Shown here piece after piece: positions 14,505 through 29,045 of a DNA stretch of 64,000 nucleotides. The notes below the pieces were generated by a model. That model saw only the letters and a program-made list of their open reading frames with translations, was not told the DNA's origin and did not search any database. Positions within the stretch are counted from its first letter, which is position 1. Each line of letters starts with the position of its first letter. Source of the stretch: Eledone cirrhosa (Eukaryota); the NCBI GenBank assembly GCA_964016885.1, contig OZ024756.1:14570001-14634000 (forward strand). Direction: 5' to 3'. A program made the translations under genes and the position numbers.

Positions 14505-14510
14505 ATGGTG

Positions 14511-14542
<32 letters not shown>

Positions 14543-15170
14543 GGTTGTTGTTGTGGTAGTAGTTGCGGTTGTTGTGGTAGTGGTGGTAGTGGTAGTAGTG
14601 GTGGTAGTAGTAGTGGTGGTTGTTGTTGCTGTGGTAGTAGTTGCGGTTGTTGTGGTAGTGGTGGTAGTGGTGGTAGTGGTAGTGGTTGTTGTTGTTGTTG
14701 TGGTAGTAGTTGCGGTTGTTGTGGTAGTTGTGGTAGTGGTAGTGGTGGTAGTGGTGGTAGTAGTAGTGGTGGTTGTTGTTGTTGTTGTTGTAGTAGTTGC
14801 GGTTGTTGTGGTAGTGGTGGTGATGGTGGTGGTGGTAGTGGCGGTGGTTTTGCTGGTGGTAGTTGTGGTGGTTTTGGTGGTAGTGGCGATAGTGGTGGTT
14901 TTGGTGGTGGTGGTGGTAGTGGCGATAGTTGTGGTGGTGGTCTTGGTGGTGGTAATGGCGACAGTTGTGGTGGTTTTGGTGGTAGTGGCGATAGTGGTGG
15001 TTTTGGTAGTGGTGGTGGTGGTGGTGGTGGTGGTAGTGGCGATAGTGGTGGTTTTGGTGGTGGTAGTGGTGGTAGTGGCGATAGTGGTGGTGGTGGTGGT
15101 CTTGGTGGTGGTAATGGCGACAGTTGTGGTAGTGTTGGTGGTAGTGGCGTGTGTAGTAGGTGTGGTGGTA
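14505..15170. repeat. Degenerate (GTG/GTA/GTT)n trinucleotide repeat
   Basis: Direct reading. Confidence 0.9.
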
Positions 15171-15385
15171 TATTGTCTTCTCACTAGTATCACCCTCCTA
15201 CCCCATACCCCATACGCCCTACTAGACTTTTAAACCAAATTCTGCTTCCATGGAACTTTTCAATATCTGAAACTAGGCTCTTTGACACATAAATTAGTTC
15301 ATTCCAATTGTAAAAGCCGGGAAACCCCGTTACAACCATGTACCCTACTACAACATCATACCCCCTCCAAAACCATTCTCTAGGG

Positions 15386-16022
15386 CAGTGATCACCAACC
15401 TTTTGGACCTCACCCACCACTAAATTCATAATTTTAAATCGCGTGGACCACTAATATGAATTAATGGTTGATGGTCGAAACAATACTGAAGTGTACATGT
15501 GTCATATTGTCGATAGATGATACATATGTGTAAAATTCTTTCATGGATGTTAGTTCTTTACTGAGGAGAAACATTTTTTAGTGGGGTTATAAAATATATT
15601 TTAACCGAATATTATTTTTGTTTTATTATTAATGAAACGGTGGATTGGCAGTATCGGTAGAGGATCGGAGGCCATGCTTTGACGCATAGAGTTACGGCCC
15701 TTGCCATTCTGAGTTCAAATCCCGCCGAGGTTAACTTTGCCTTTCATCCTTACGGGGTCGATAAAATAAAGCATGATACCATGCTTTGACGCATAGAGTT
15801 ACGGCCCTTTCCATTCTGAGTTCAAATCCCTCCGAGGTTAACTTTGCCTTTCATCCTTACGGAGTCGATAAAATAAAGTACCAGTAATGCACTGGGTTAT
15901 TGCTGGCCTTGTGCCCAAAGTAGAAACAATTATTAATGAAACATAAAAATTGCAAATAATGTCCACTTTTTTTTCTGCGGACCACCAAAATTTTCTCTCG
16001 GACCACCGGTTGGCGACCACTG
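15386..16022. mobile_element. hAT-Charlie-like MITE with nested SINEs (15638-15935)
   Basis: TIRs CAGTGATCACCAACC / GGTTGGCGACCACTG; imperfect 8-bp TSD CTCTAGGG/GTCTAGGT; SINE flanked by a TTATTAATGAAAC duplication. Confidence 0.7.
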
Positions 16023-16192
16023 GTCTAGGTCACAGTTGAAGGAGGGTGTAAGAAGAAGAAATAGACAAAGGAGATCCTAGTCGGGAAACATCAAAGACTG
16101 GAGAGGTGATAATATATTTTACCCAACGCCGCTTCGGCGGCGTTTTGCTGTTCTAACAGTTTCTATACGCCGAGCTTTTCCCATTTCCCTGA

Positions 16193-16260
<68 letters not shown>

Positions 16261-16748
16261 CTATATCTATATATATATATATATAGGAACCAGTAAGACC
16301 CCGACGGCTGAGCTCAAGCCGTTTCGACGGCTAATTCTGGACTAAATGAAAATTTATCCTGGTATTTAAATAGCCGAGCTTCTCAAGGGGTAATTCCATA
16401 TATGGTCAAGGTGATTGTCAAAAGTCAGTAGTAATTCTGTGATTGCAAATTAGTAGGGGAGATGGTGGCTAAACCTGCCAGTAGGAGAAAAAGGGGAGGG
16501 GGAAGTCCAGAATTAGCCGTCGAAACGGCTTGAGTTCAGCCGTCGGGGTCTTACTGGTTCCTATTACCCACTCTACTACCCTAAGTATTGAGTACTTTGG
16601 TGCGTTATGGTCCACCTGGTTCCTTACCACATTTCCTTCGTTATATATATATATAAAGGTTTACATATACATAAAGTTATAGATATATATGCTGCAACCG
16701 GTCACTTTTAGGCTCTATGAAGAATTAATAAATTAAATAATCAGAGCA

Positions 16749-17281
16749 ATATATCATAAATCATGTCCTTAGAATTATTAGATAAAATATATACCGTTTC
16801 CTCTTCCAATTAGCATAATTAACCATATAAAAAATCAATTAGACCAAGCTATAAGAAGAAAGGCTCTTATGAAGAAATCTCCGACAAATAACCGCAAGTG
16901 GCCTCTTCGCGGTGGCCCCAATATAGTATATTTATCCAACATTTCGACAGCATGTAGAAACTGACTAAATATACCATCAACCATACACAATTAGGTGTAA
17001 AATTAAACTTAGAAGAAATGTGTACATACCGTAATTCTAAGTTTAATTTTACACCTAATTGTGTATGGTTGATGGTATATTTAGTCAGTTTCTACATGCT
17101 GTCGAAATGTTGGATAGATACTCTATTGGGGCCACCGCGAAGAGGCCACTTTCGGTTATTTGTCGGAGATTTCTTCATAAGAGCCTATCTTTTTATAGCT
17201 TGGTCTAATTGATTTTTTATATGGTTAATTATTCTAATTGGAAGAGGAAACGTTATCTAATAATTCTAAGGACATGATTTA

Positions 17282-17287
<6 letters not shown>
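16749..17287. repeat. Long inverted repeat (about 260-bp arms, 20-bp spacer)
   Basis: 16749-17014 is the reverse complement of 17035-17287; embedded in (TA)n. Confidence 0.9.
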
Positions 17288-17322
<35 letters not shown>

Positions 17323-17324
<2 letters not shown>

Positions 17325-17737
17325 GTGCGTGAGAAGAGGCGAGAGTTGTGGCAGGACAACTCGTGACTGCTTCACCATGACAACGCGCCTGCTCACAATG
17401 CCCCGAGCATCCGACAGTTCCTGGCCGAGAAGAACATCGCCGTGCTGGAGCAATCTCCCTACTTCCCCGACCTGGCTCCGTGTGATGTTTTCCTATTCCC
17501 CAAGCTCAAAGGGGTCGTTTTGAAGACGTGGACGACATCAAAAAGGCCGTGACGACGGAACTGCAGAGGATCCCGGAATAATCCTTCCAGGAGTGCATGC
17601 AAGCGTGGCAGAAAAGGATGGAAAAGTGCATTAGACTCCAGGGGGGTTACTTTGAAGGAGAAAATTCTTAGTGTGAAGTTTGGGTTTTAAATAAATCTTT
17701 TGTGACATCAGTCCTGGAACTTTTCTGACACACCTCG
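17323..17737 (+). pseudogene. Mariner (DD34D) transposase 3' fragment with right TIR
   Basis: Translates to LLHHDNAPAH..PYFPDLAPCD.FLFPKLK..RFEDVDDIK..WQKRMEKCI..GGYFEG with stops and a frameshift; ends GAACTTTTCTGACACACCTCG. Confidence 0.9.
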
Positions 17738-17941
17738 TGTATATATATATATATATATATATATAGTTTTTTTTTACAAAATGAAAAAAAACGCGGTGTC
17801 CTACACGGGTGAAAGTATAAGGATGAAATCAAAAATGCAACTGGAGTCTTTTTTTAAAAAATATATTTATTTGGTGCCTTTACTGGTTTCGCCGTTCTTG
17901 TGCTTTTCAAAAGTAGAATTGAGATGGAGGGTTTGTGGTTT

Positions 17942-17996
<55 letters not shown>

Positions 17997-18207
17997 TATA
18001 TATATGAAACAATTGTTTGGAAAGAGAGATATATTTTAACTTTAATTATATCTCATAAAATAATACAACTGGCTTTCCACAAAATACATATAGTTAGCAC
18101 CCCAAACACTTAAATTGGGTTTATACTAACATATAACCTAATGTTTGTTGAGTGAGATGATTACCAGTCGGAGTTTAGCTTTAAGCTATCTCTGTTATTG
18201 TATTAAA

Positions 18208-18275
<68 letters not shown>

Positions 18276-19108
18276 ACGAAGGAATTGTGGTAGCGAAACA
18301 GATGGACCATAACGCACCAAAGTCCAGAAATAGCCGTCCAAACGGCTTGAGCTCTGCCGTCGGGGTCATACTTGTTCCTATATATATATATATATATATA
18401 TGTACCCAACGAGTGACTTTCTCAGAACATCTAGAGTGTCAGCTTAACAGCTGGCGGTCACAGAAATACGCACAGCGGAACTCCAACATCTGTCTCACAG
18501 TCCCAGGCCATCTTCAGTGGTACCCTAACCACTGGTTGCACCAACTATGAGAATAAAAATGACGATGATGAAAATGATGATGATCATGGATTATACCTTA
18601 ATCTCACTAAGTTCACCCAGGTTAATGCTCACTGTATCACCACCGCCACCGCTACTACTACTACTACTACTACTACTACTGGATTTGTTAAATAATGATG
18701 TGAGCCGTGCATCATATACCCTACCAGGCTATCAAACACACACATATATATATGTGTATATATATATATATACTTTTTTTTTTGTGCCTACGCCATCTTG
18801 TTTTTGTGTGTGTGAACACACAATGAAGAGGTCACAGAATGTGTGACGAAAGAACTTTGACAATATATGAAAAATCGTCTGGTTGTGGAACCAACCAACC
18901 AACCGGAAATTTATAAGATCTTAAATTTATAAATTTAATTTATAATAAATTGAAGTGAAAGCAACTGGTGCGTGTGTTTCTTATTGGCAACATGACCCTC
19001 CCAAAGTATAACAATATCGGTTTCAACACACGTTTTCAGATAAAGAATCTTGCTAAACAAATTCAGAAACGAAATATATTCATATATATATACTTATATA
19101 TATATATA

Positions 19109-19157
<49 letters not shown>

Positions 19158-19224
19158 CGTTTCTGAATTTGTTTAGCAACTGGTGCGTGTGTTTCTTATT
19201 GGCAACATGACCCTCCCAAAGTAT

Positions 19225-19255
<31 letters not shown>

Positions 19256-19305
19256 CTTATATACATACATATATATATATATATAGTTATATACATACAT
19301 ATATA

Positions 19306-19352
<47 letters not shown>

Positions 19353-20014
19353 TTATATACATATATATATATATATATACTTATATATATATATATATAT
19401 ATACTTATATACATATACATATATATATATATATATACTTATATATATATATATACTTATATATATATATATACTTATATATATATATATACTTATATAT
19501 ACATATATATACATATATATATATATACATATATATATATACACATATATATATATACATACATTTATATATATATATATACTTATACATATATATAAAT
19601 ACACACACACATATATAGGTAAAAGTATATATATATATATGAAAGCGGGCCTGTATCAATTCCTACGGCATATAAACATTTAGACAGAGAAATAAACAGA
19701 AGATAAAATAAGTTCGACTCAAACTGATCCTAGATCAGTGGGTTCAGTGTAAACTAACTAACCATGAGTGATGGTTAGTTTACAGCTTCACTGACCATTT
19801 ATCAATCCTCAGAATACACTTGCTGACCTCTTTCTCCCCCCTCTTCCTTCTCTCTCTACCCTCCTTGTCGGCCTGACCTTTATCTCTCTCTCTCTCTCTA
19901 TATATATATTATCATTGTTATATATATATGTATATATATAAATATATATACATACAATTTATACACACACACACATATATATATATATATTCTAAATACT
20001 TCTTTCTATGTTTA

Positions 20015-20082
<68 letters not shown>

Positions 20083-20602
20083 CAGGTGGAAAACTTTTCT
20101 GTTTTCATTCCCGAATGAGAAAATCCAGGACTCCACTGTTTTGTTTTAAACGAAACTTTCACAAAACACTCCTACATCTTTTTTTTTTCTTCTTCCATTT
20201 CACCCCCCCCCCGTCTCTCTCTCTCTTTTTTCTACTCTCTCTCTCTCCCCCCACTTCCTCGCAGTCTTTGTTTTTCTGTATCTCTTCTTTGTCTTTTAAT
20301 ATGTGTGTGTGTAAATAAACAAATATGTTTATACACACACACACACACAGCCAGCCACACATAGACACACACACACACATATATATATATATATGTATGT
20401 GTCTATGTGGTGGTTGGTGGTGATGGTGGTAGTGGTTAAGTCGATTATTTCGACCCGTGTATTTATCTGGTACCAGCCCCAGAAAGATGAAAGTCTAAGT
20501 GATTTCCAGAGGTTGACTGTCCGTCTATACGTTTTTTTTTTTTGTCACTACGGCGCCCATACGACTCCATTTCTATGTAAAGAAATATACATACGTACAT
20601 TA

Positions 20603-20667
<65 letters not shown>

Positions 20668-20785
20668 ATTAAATAAATGGAAACTATATTTATAAAACCA
20701 TATTTATTTCATTATATATATTTCGGGGATATCATATTAACAATATGCTATGCCTTCCTCAGACAAAATACAATATAAACAGTTT

Positions 20786-20819
<34 letters not shown>

Positions 20820-21584
20820 TATACACAAGCCATTAATATTTTTCCCAAACTCCTTTTTCTTTGGTTTTTCAAAATAAGGGCTGCATCTTGTATTTGAAAC
20901 CCCCAGTAATTCTTTAGGTCATCCTTAATGCAGTAATCCTCTGAAACATGGCCAATATGTCGTGTTTGGTGTGTGTGGCATCTCATAGTTGTTGGAAACA
21001 CTTTAAAAAATCATTTCCTCGTAATATCAACAATCCCCAGATTGCATTTCGTTTAATGTCCCCCTCTATCTATAAATCGTATCGACATGTTTTAGTATTT
21101 AGAGGAAGACATTTGGTGTTTGCTGGGTAGTAGTTTGGTGGGCAGGGGGGGGGGGGGTTGAAAGACAAAAAAAAAAAAAGAAGAAGAAACGGATAAAAAA
21201 GAAATCTGGAAGTTGATGGAAGAGATAATTAAATGGCAAATAAATCAGGACAAATCCGATGAATCCTAAGATTTGTCCCAGAATAGAATAATTGGTAACG
21301 GAAAGATAAGAACGGGCTGTCTATATTGTCACGAGTCTTGTTAGAAATAGCAGCTAAATTCTACCAAACATCACACCATCTCACTGGTTTAAAAACGAAA
21401 GGACACATAAGTTAATGAATGACATGCGTAGGCTTCTCTTGCTTCAGACGAGGTCGCGTGTCACAGAAGCATTTCTTGACTGTTCCAATGACAGGGGTTC
21501 GATGGTGATCGGAATATGTATACCGAAAAATAAAAATAATAAAAGAGAATATTCGGAATGTTTATGGTTGACACATCTTTTAAA

Positions 21585-24500
21585 CATAGATCTGTTAGGT
21601 CTGGATTAATCTAATATAGATCTGTTAGGTCTGGATTAATCTAACATAGATCTGCTAAGTCTGGATTAATCTAACATAGATCTGTTAGGTCTGGATTAAT
21701 CTAACATAGATCTGTTAGGTCTGGATTAATCTAACATAGATCTGCTAAGTCTGGATTAATCTAACATAGATCTGTTAGGTCTGGATTAATCTAACATAGA
21801 TCTGTTAGGTCTGGATTAATCTAACATAGATCTGTTAGGTCTGGATTAATCTAACATAGATCTGTTAGGTCTGGATTAATCTAACATAGATCTGTTAGGT
21901 CTGGATTAATCTAACATATATCTGTTAGGTCTGGATTAATCTAACATAGATCTGTTACGTCTGGATTAATCTAATATAGATCTGTTAGGTCTGGATTAAT
22001 CTCACATAGATCTGTTAGGTCTGGATTAATCTAACATAGATCTGTTAAGTCTGGATTAATCTAACATAGATCTGTTAAGTCTGGATTAATCTAACATAGA
22101 TCTGTTAGGTCTGGATTAATCTAACATAGATCTGTTAGGTCTGGATTAATCTAACATAGATCTGTTAGGTCTGGATTAATCTAATATAGATCTGTTAGGT
22201 CTGGATTAATCTAACATAGATCTGCTAAGTCTGGATTAATCTAACATAGATCTGTTAGGTCTGGATTAATCTAACATAGATCTGTTAGGTCTGGATTAAT
22301 CTAACATAGATCTGCTAAGTCTGGATTAATCTAACATAGATCTGTTAGGTCTGGATTAATCTAACATAGATCTGTTAGGTCTGGATTAATCTAAGATAGA
22401 TCTGTTAGGTCTGGATTAATCTAACATAGATCTGTTAGGTCTGGATTAATCTAATATAGATCTGTTAGGTCTGGATTAATCTAATATAGATCTGTTAAGT
22501 CTGGATTAATCTAACATAGATCTGTTAGGTCTGGATTAATCTAACATAGATCTGTTAGGTCTGGATTAATCTAACATAGATCTGTTAGGTCTGGATTAAT
22601 CTAACATAGATCTGTTAGGTCTGGATTAATCTAACATATATCTGTTAGGTCTGGATTAATCTAACATAGATCTGTTACGTCTGGATTAATCTAATATAGA
22701 TCTGTTAGGTCTGGATTAATCTCACATAGATCTGTTAGGTCTGGATTAATCTAACATAGATCTGTTAAGTCTGGATTAATCTAACATAGATCTGTTAAGT
22801 CTGGATTAATCTAACATAGATCTGTTAGGTCTGGATTAATCTAACATAGATCTGTTAGGTATGGATTAAACTAACATAGATCTGTTAGGTCTGGATTAAT
22901 CTAATATAGATCTGTTAAGTCTGGATTAATCTAACATAGATCTGTTAGGTCTGGATTAATCTAATATAGATCTGTTAAGTCTGGATTAATCTAACATAGA
23001 TCTGTTAGGTCTGGATTAATCTAACATAGATCTGTTAGGTCTGGATTAATCTCACATAGATCTGTTAGGTCTGGATTAATCTCACATAGATCTGTTAGGT
23101 CTGGATTAATCTAACATAGATCTGTTAAGTCTGGATTAATCTAACATAGATCTGTTAGGTCTGGATTAATCTAACATAGATCTGTTAGGTCTGGATTAAT
23201 CTAATATAGATCTGTTAGGTCTGGATTAATCTAACATAGATCTGCTAAGTCTGGATTAATCTAACATAGATCTGTTAGGTCTGGATTAATCTAACATAGA
23301 TCTGTTAGGTCTGGATTAATCTAACATAGATCTGCTAAGTCTGGATTAATCTAACATAGATCTGTTAGGTCTGGATTAATCTAACATAGATCTGTTAGGT
23401 CTGGATTAATCTAAGATAGATCTGTTAGGTCTGGATTAATCTAACATAGATCTGTTAGGTCTGGATTAATCTAATATAGATCTGTTAGGTCTGGATTAAT
23501 CTAATATAGATCTGTTAAGTCTGGATTAATCTAACATAGATCTGTTAGGTCTGGATTAATCTAACATAGATCTGTTAGGTCTGGATTAATCTAACATAGA
23601 TCTGTTAGGTCTGGATTAATCTAACATAGATCTGTTAGGTCTGGATTAATCTAACATATATCTGTTAGGTCTGGATTAATCTAACATAGATCTGTTACGT
23701 CTGGATTAATCTAATATAGATCTGTTAGGTCTGGATTAATCTCACATAGATCTGTTAGGTCTGGATTAATCTAACATAGATCTGTTAAGTCTGGATTAAT
23801 CTAACATAGATCTGTTAGGTCTGGATTAATCTAACATAGATCTGTTAGGTATGGATTAAACTAACATAGATCTGTTAGGTCTGGATTAATCTAATATAGA
23901 TCTGTTAAGTCTGGATTAATCTAACATAGATCTGTTAGGTCTGGATTAATCTAATATAGATCTGTTAAGTCTGGATTAATCTAACATAGATCTGTTAGGT
24001 CTGGATTAATCTAACATAGATCTGTTAGGTCTGGATTAATCTCACATAGATCTGTTAGGTCTGGATTAATCTAACATAGATCTGTTAGGGCTGGATTAAT
24101 CTAACATAGATCTGTTAGGTCTGGATTAATCTAATATAGATCTGCTAAGTCTGGATTAATCTAACATAGATCTGTTAGGTCTGGATTAATCTAATATAGA
24201 TCTGGTAGGTCTGGATTAATCTAACATAGATCTGTTAGGTCTGGATTAATCTAATATAGATCGATTAGGTCTGGATTAATCTAATATAGATCTGTTAGGT
24301 CTGGATTAATCTAATATAGATCTGTTAGGTCTGGATTAATCTAACATAGATCTGTTAGGTCTGGATTAATCTAACATAGATCTGTTAGGTCTGCATTAAT
24401 CCAACATAGATCTGTTAGGTCTGAATTAATCTAATATAGATCTGTTAGGTCTGGATTAATCTAATATAGATCTGCTAGGTCTGGATTAATCTAATATAGA

Positions 24501-26993
24501 TCTGTTAGGTCTGGATTAATCTAATATAGATCTGGTAGGTCTGGATTAATCTAACATAGATCTGTTAGGTCTGGATTAATCTAATATAGATCTGGTAGGT
24601 CTGGATTAATCTAACATAGATATGTTAGGTCTGGATTAATCTAATATAGATCTGGTAGGTCCGGATTAATCTAACATAGATCTGTTAGGTCTGGATTAAT
24701 CTAATATAGATCTGGTAGGTCTGGATTAATCTAACATAGATCTGTTAGGTCTGGATTAATCTAATATAGATCGATTAGGTTTGGATTAATCTAATATAGA
24801 TCTGTTAGGTCTGGATTAATCTAATATAGATCTGTTAGGTCTGTATTAATCTAATATAGATCTGCTAAGTCTGGATAATCTAACATAGATCTGTTAGGTC
24901 TGGATTAATCTAATATAGATCTGCTAAGTCTGGATAATCTAACATAGATATGTTAGGTCTGTATTAATCTAATATAGATCTGTTAAGTCTGGATAATCTA
25001 ACATAGATCTGTTAGGTCTGGATTAATCTAATATAGATCTGCTAAGTCTGGATAATCTAACATAGATCTGTTAGGTCTGGATTAATCTAATATAGATCTG
25101 TTAGGTCTGGATTAATCTAACATAGATCTGTTAGGTCTGGATAATCTAACATAGATATGTTAGGTCTGGATTAATCTAATATAGATCTGTTAGGTCTGGA
25201 TTAATCTAACATAGATCTGTTAGGTCTGGATTAATCTAACATAGATCTGTTAGGTCTGGATTAATCTAATATAGATCGATTAGGTCTGGATTAATCTAAC
25301 ATAGATCTGTTAGGTCTGGATTAATCTAATATAGATCTGTTAGGTCTGGATTAATCTAACATAGATCTGCCAAGTCTGGATTAATCTAACATAGATCTGT
25401 TAGGTCTGGATTAATCTAATATAGATCGATTAGGTCTGGATTAATCTAACATAGATCTGTTAGGTCTGGATTAATCTAAGATAGATCTGTTAGGTCTGGA
25501 TTAATCTAACATAGATCTGTTAGGTCTGGATTAATCTAACATAGATCTGCCAAGTCTGGATTAATCTAACATAGATCTGTTAGGTCTGGATTAATCTAAC
25601 ATAGATCTGTTAGGTCTGGATTAATCTAACATAGATCTGTTAGGTCTGGATTAATCTAACATAGATCTGTTAGGTCTGGATTAATCTAACATAGATCTGT
25701 TAGGTCTGGATTAATCTAACATAGATCTGTTAGGTCTGGATTAATCTAACATAGATCTGTTAGGTCTGGATTAATCTAACATAGATCTGTTAGGTCTGGA
25801 TTAATCTAACATAGATCGATTAGGTCTGGATTAATCTAACATAGATCTGTTAGGTCTGGATTAATCTAATATAGATCTGCCAAGTCTGGATTAATCTAAC
25901 ATAGATCTGTTAGGTCTGGATTAATCTAATATAGATCTGTTAGGTCTGGATTAATCTAACGTAGATCTGTTAGGTCTGGATTAATCTAACATAGATCTGT
26001 TAGGTCTGGATTAATCTAACATAGATCTGTTAGGTCTGGATTAATCTAATATAGATCTGTTAGGTCTGGATTAATCTAACGTAGATCTGTTAGGTCTGGA
26101 TTAATCTAACATAGATCTGTTAGGTCTGGATTAATCTAACATAGATCTGGTAGGTCTGGATTAATCTAACATAGATCTGTTAGGTCTGGATTAATCTAAC
26201 ATAGATCTGTTAGGTCTGGATTAATCTAATATAGATCTGTTAGGTCTGGATAATCTAACATAGATCTGTTAGGTCTGGATAATCTAACATAGATCTGTTA
26301 GGTCTGGATTAATCTAACATAGATCTGTTAGGTCTGGATTAATCTAATATAGATCTGCTAAGTCTGGATTAATCTAACATAGATCTGTTAGGTCTGGATT
26401 AATCTAATATAGATCGATTAGGTCTGGATTAATCTAACATAGATCTGTTAGGTCTGGATTAATCTAACATAGATCTGCTAAGTCTGGATTAATCGAACAT
26501 AGATCTGTTAGGTCTGGATTAATCTAACATAGATCTGTTAGGTCTGGATTAATCTAACATAGATCTGTTAGGTCTGGATTAATCTAACATAGATCTGTTA
26601 GGTCTGGATTAATCTAACATAGATCTGTTAGGTCTGGATTAATCTAATATAGATCTGCTAAGTCTGGATTAATCTAACATAGATCTGTTAGGTCTGGATT
26701 AATCTAATATAGATCGATTAGGTCTGGATTATTCTAAGATAGATCTGTTAGGTCTGGATAATCTAACATAGATCTGTTAGGTCTGGATTAATCTAATATA
26801 GATCTGTTAGGTCTGGATTAATCTAATATAGATCGATTAGGTCTGGATTATTCTAAGATAGATCTGTTAGGTCTGGATAATCTAACACAGATCTGTTAGG
26901 TCTGGATTAATCTAACATAGATCTGTTAGGTCTGGATTAATCTAACATAGATCTGTTAGGTCTGGATTAATCTAACATGGATCTGTTAGGTCT
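21585..26993. repeat. 30-bp satellite, about 180 units (CATAGATCTGTTAGGTCTGGATTAATCTAA)
   Basis: Direct reading; highly homogeneous. Confidence 0.97.
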
Positions 26994-27011
26994 AAACTAA
27001 AACATCTAGAG

Positions 27012-27345
27012 AAGGGGTGCCCAACCCGTTTTGCGTCATCGGCCACTTTTCACATGGAAACATTTTCCATCGCCCACCTATACAGTAAATATTCAAAAGC
27101 ATAACAAAACTGTTTGGTAAAAGTTAGTTACTGGTTTGTTATTCCCATTTAGCCTTCCGTTTTCTTTTTATACAAGTTCTTTGCATATATCCTTTGAATA
27201 TTTTCCTTCAGAAAGCATATGTTGAAAAACTTTCTTAATACACAAAATCCTATATCGTCCACCAAAATTTGCAATCTCCCATCATTTTCTGTTCAGTTGT
27301 CATCACCCACCCAGCAATTGAAATCGCCCACGTTGGGAAACCCTG
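27012..27345. mobile_element. hAT-Charlie-like MITE
   Basis: TIRs AAGGGGTGCCCAAC / GTTGGGAAACCCTG; TSD ATCTAGAG/ATTTAGAG. Confidence 0.7.
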
Positions 27346-27509
27346 ATTTAGAGACCCTAACTTGTACATTGTATAGTAAAGACCCATAAAACCTGGTGGT
27401 GACGTAGGGAAACTGTAGTGACACACAATGTTTTTCGGACATTTAAAAACCCGGCAAAGCTCGTCCCCTTTTTAGGTCTGAACAGAGCCAATTACTTTTA
27501 GAAAAAGCA

Positions 27510-28138
27510 AGTGAGTGATAGGGCGGAAGTGAGAATGTGATAGAGAGGAAGTAAGAATGTGAAAATGTGATACGGCGGAAGTCAGAATGTTATAGAGAGG
27601 AAGTGAGTGATAGAGAGGAAGTGAGTGATAGGGCGGAAGTGAGAATGTGATAGGGCGGAAGTGAGTATGTGATAGGGCGGAAGTGAGAATGTGATAGGGC
27701 GGAAGTGAGAATGTGATAGAGAGGAAGCGAGAATGTGATAGAGAGGAAGTGATTGATAGAGAGGAAGTGAGAATGTGATAGAGAGGAAGTGAGAATGTGA
27801 TAGAGAGGAAGCGAGTGATAGAGAGGAAGTGAGTGATAGGGCGGAAGTGAGGATGTGATAGGGCGGAAGTGAGAATGTGATAGAGAGGAAGCGAGTGATA
27901 GAGAGGAAGTGTGTGATAGGGCGGAAGTGAGGATGTGATAGGGCGGAAGTGAGAATGTGATAGAGAGGAAGCGAGTGATAGAGAGGAAGTGTGTGATAGG
28001 GCGGAAGTGAGGATGTGATAGGGCGGAAGTGAGAATGTGATAGGGCGGAAGTGAGAATGTGATAGGGCGGAAGTGAGAATGTGATAGGGCGGAAGTGAGA
28101 ATGTGATAGGGCGGAAGTGAGAATGTGATAGGGCGGAA
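27510..28138. repeat. 22-bp minisatellite (GTGATAGGGCGGAAGTGAGAAT and variants)
   Basis: Direct reading. Confidence 0.95.
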
Positions 28139-28164
28139 TGAATACCGTAAAACATTCTGTCCTA

Positions 28165-28878
28165 CAATACTAATACATTACTAAAGACCAATATAACTAC
28201 ACTAATACATTACTATACAGTAATATATCTACACTAATACGTTAATATACAGTAATAAAACTACATTACTAATATATTACAATAGACCAATATAACTGCA
28301 CTACTAATACATTACTTTAGACCAATATAACTGCACTACTAATACATTACAATAGACCAATATAACTGCACTACTAATACATTACAATAGACCAATATAA
28401 CTGCACTACTAATATATTACAATAGACCAATATAACTGCACTACTAATACATTACTTTAGACCAATATAACTGCACTACTAATACATTACAATAGACCAA
28501 TATAACTGCACTACTAATACATTACAATAGACCAATATAACTGCACTACTAATACATTACAATAGACCAATATAACTACATTACTAATACATTACAATAG
28601 ACCAATATAACTGCACTACTAATACATTACTTTAGACCAATATAACTGCACTACTAATACATTACAATAGACCAATATAACTGCACTACTAATACATTAC
28701 AATAGACCAATATAACTGCACTACTAATACATTACTTTAGACCAATATAACTGCACTACTAATACATTACAATAGACCAATATAACTGCACTACTAATAC
28801 ATTACTTTAGACCAATATAACTACACTACTAATACATTACTTTAGACCAATATAACTAGAGTACTAATACATTACTAT
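28165..28878. repeat. 35-bp minisatellite (CTACTAATACATTACAATAGACCAATATAACTGCA)
   Basis: Period 35 seen at 28441/28476/28511. Confidence 0.95.
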
Positions 28879-28963
28879 ATTGCAATTCAACCGAGAAAAT
28901 CATTTTCGTCATTCGAAAACACACAAACGGTTTAATTGATTCAGATAGGTACGGTGTCTCTGT

Positions 28964-29043
<80 letters not shown>

Positions 29044-29045
<2 letters not shown>

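Noticed and set aside
14360-15233. Mucin-like poly-Thr / poly-Val ORFs
   Set aside because: Trinucleotide repeat open on both strands, with no signal peptide or supportable exon context.
27472-28155. 227-aa His/Ser-rich ORF
   Set aside because: Translation of the 22-bp minisatellite.
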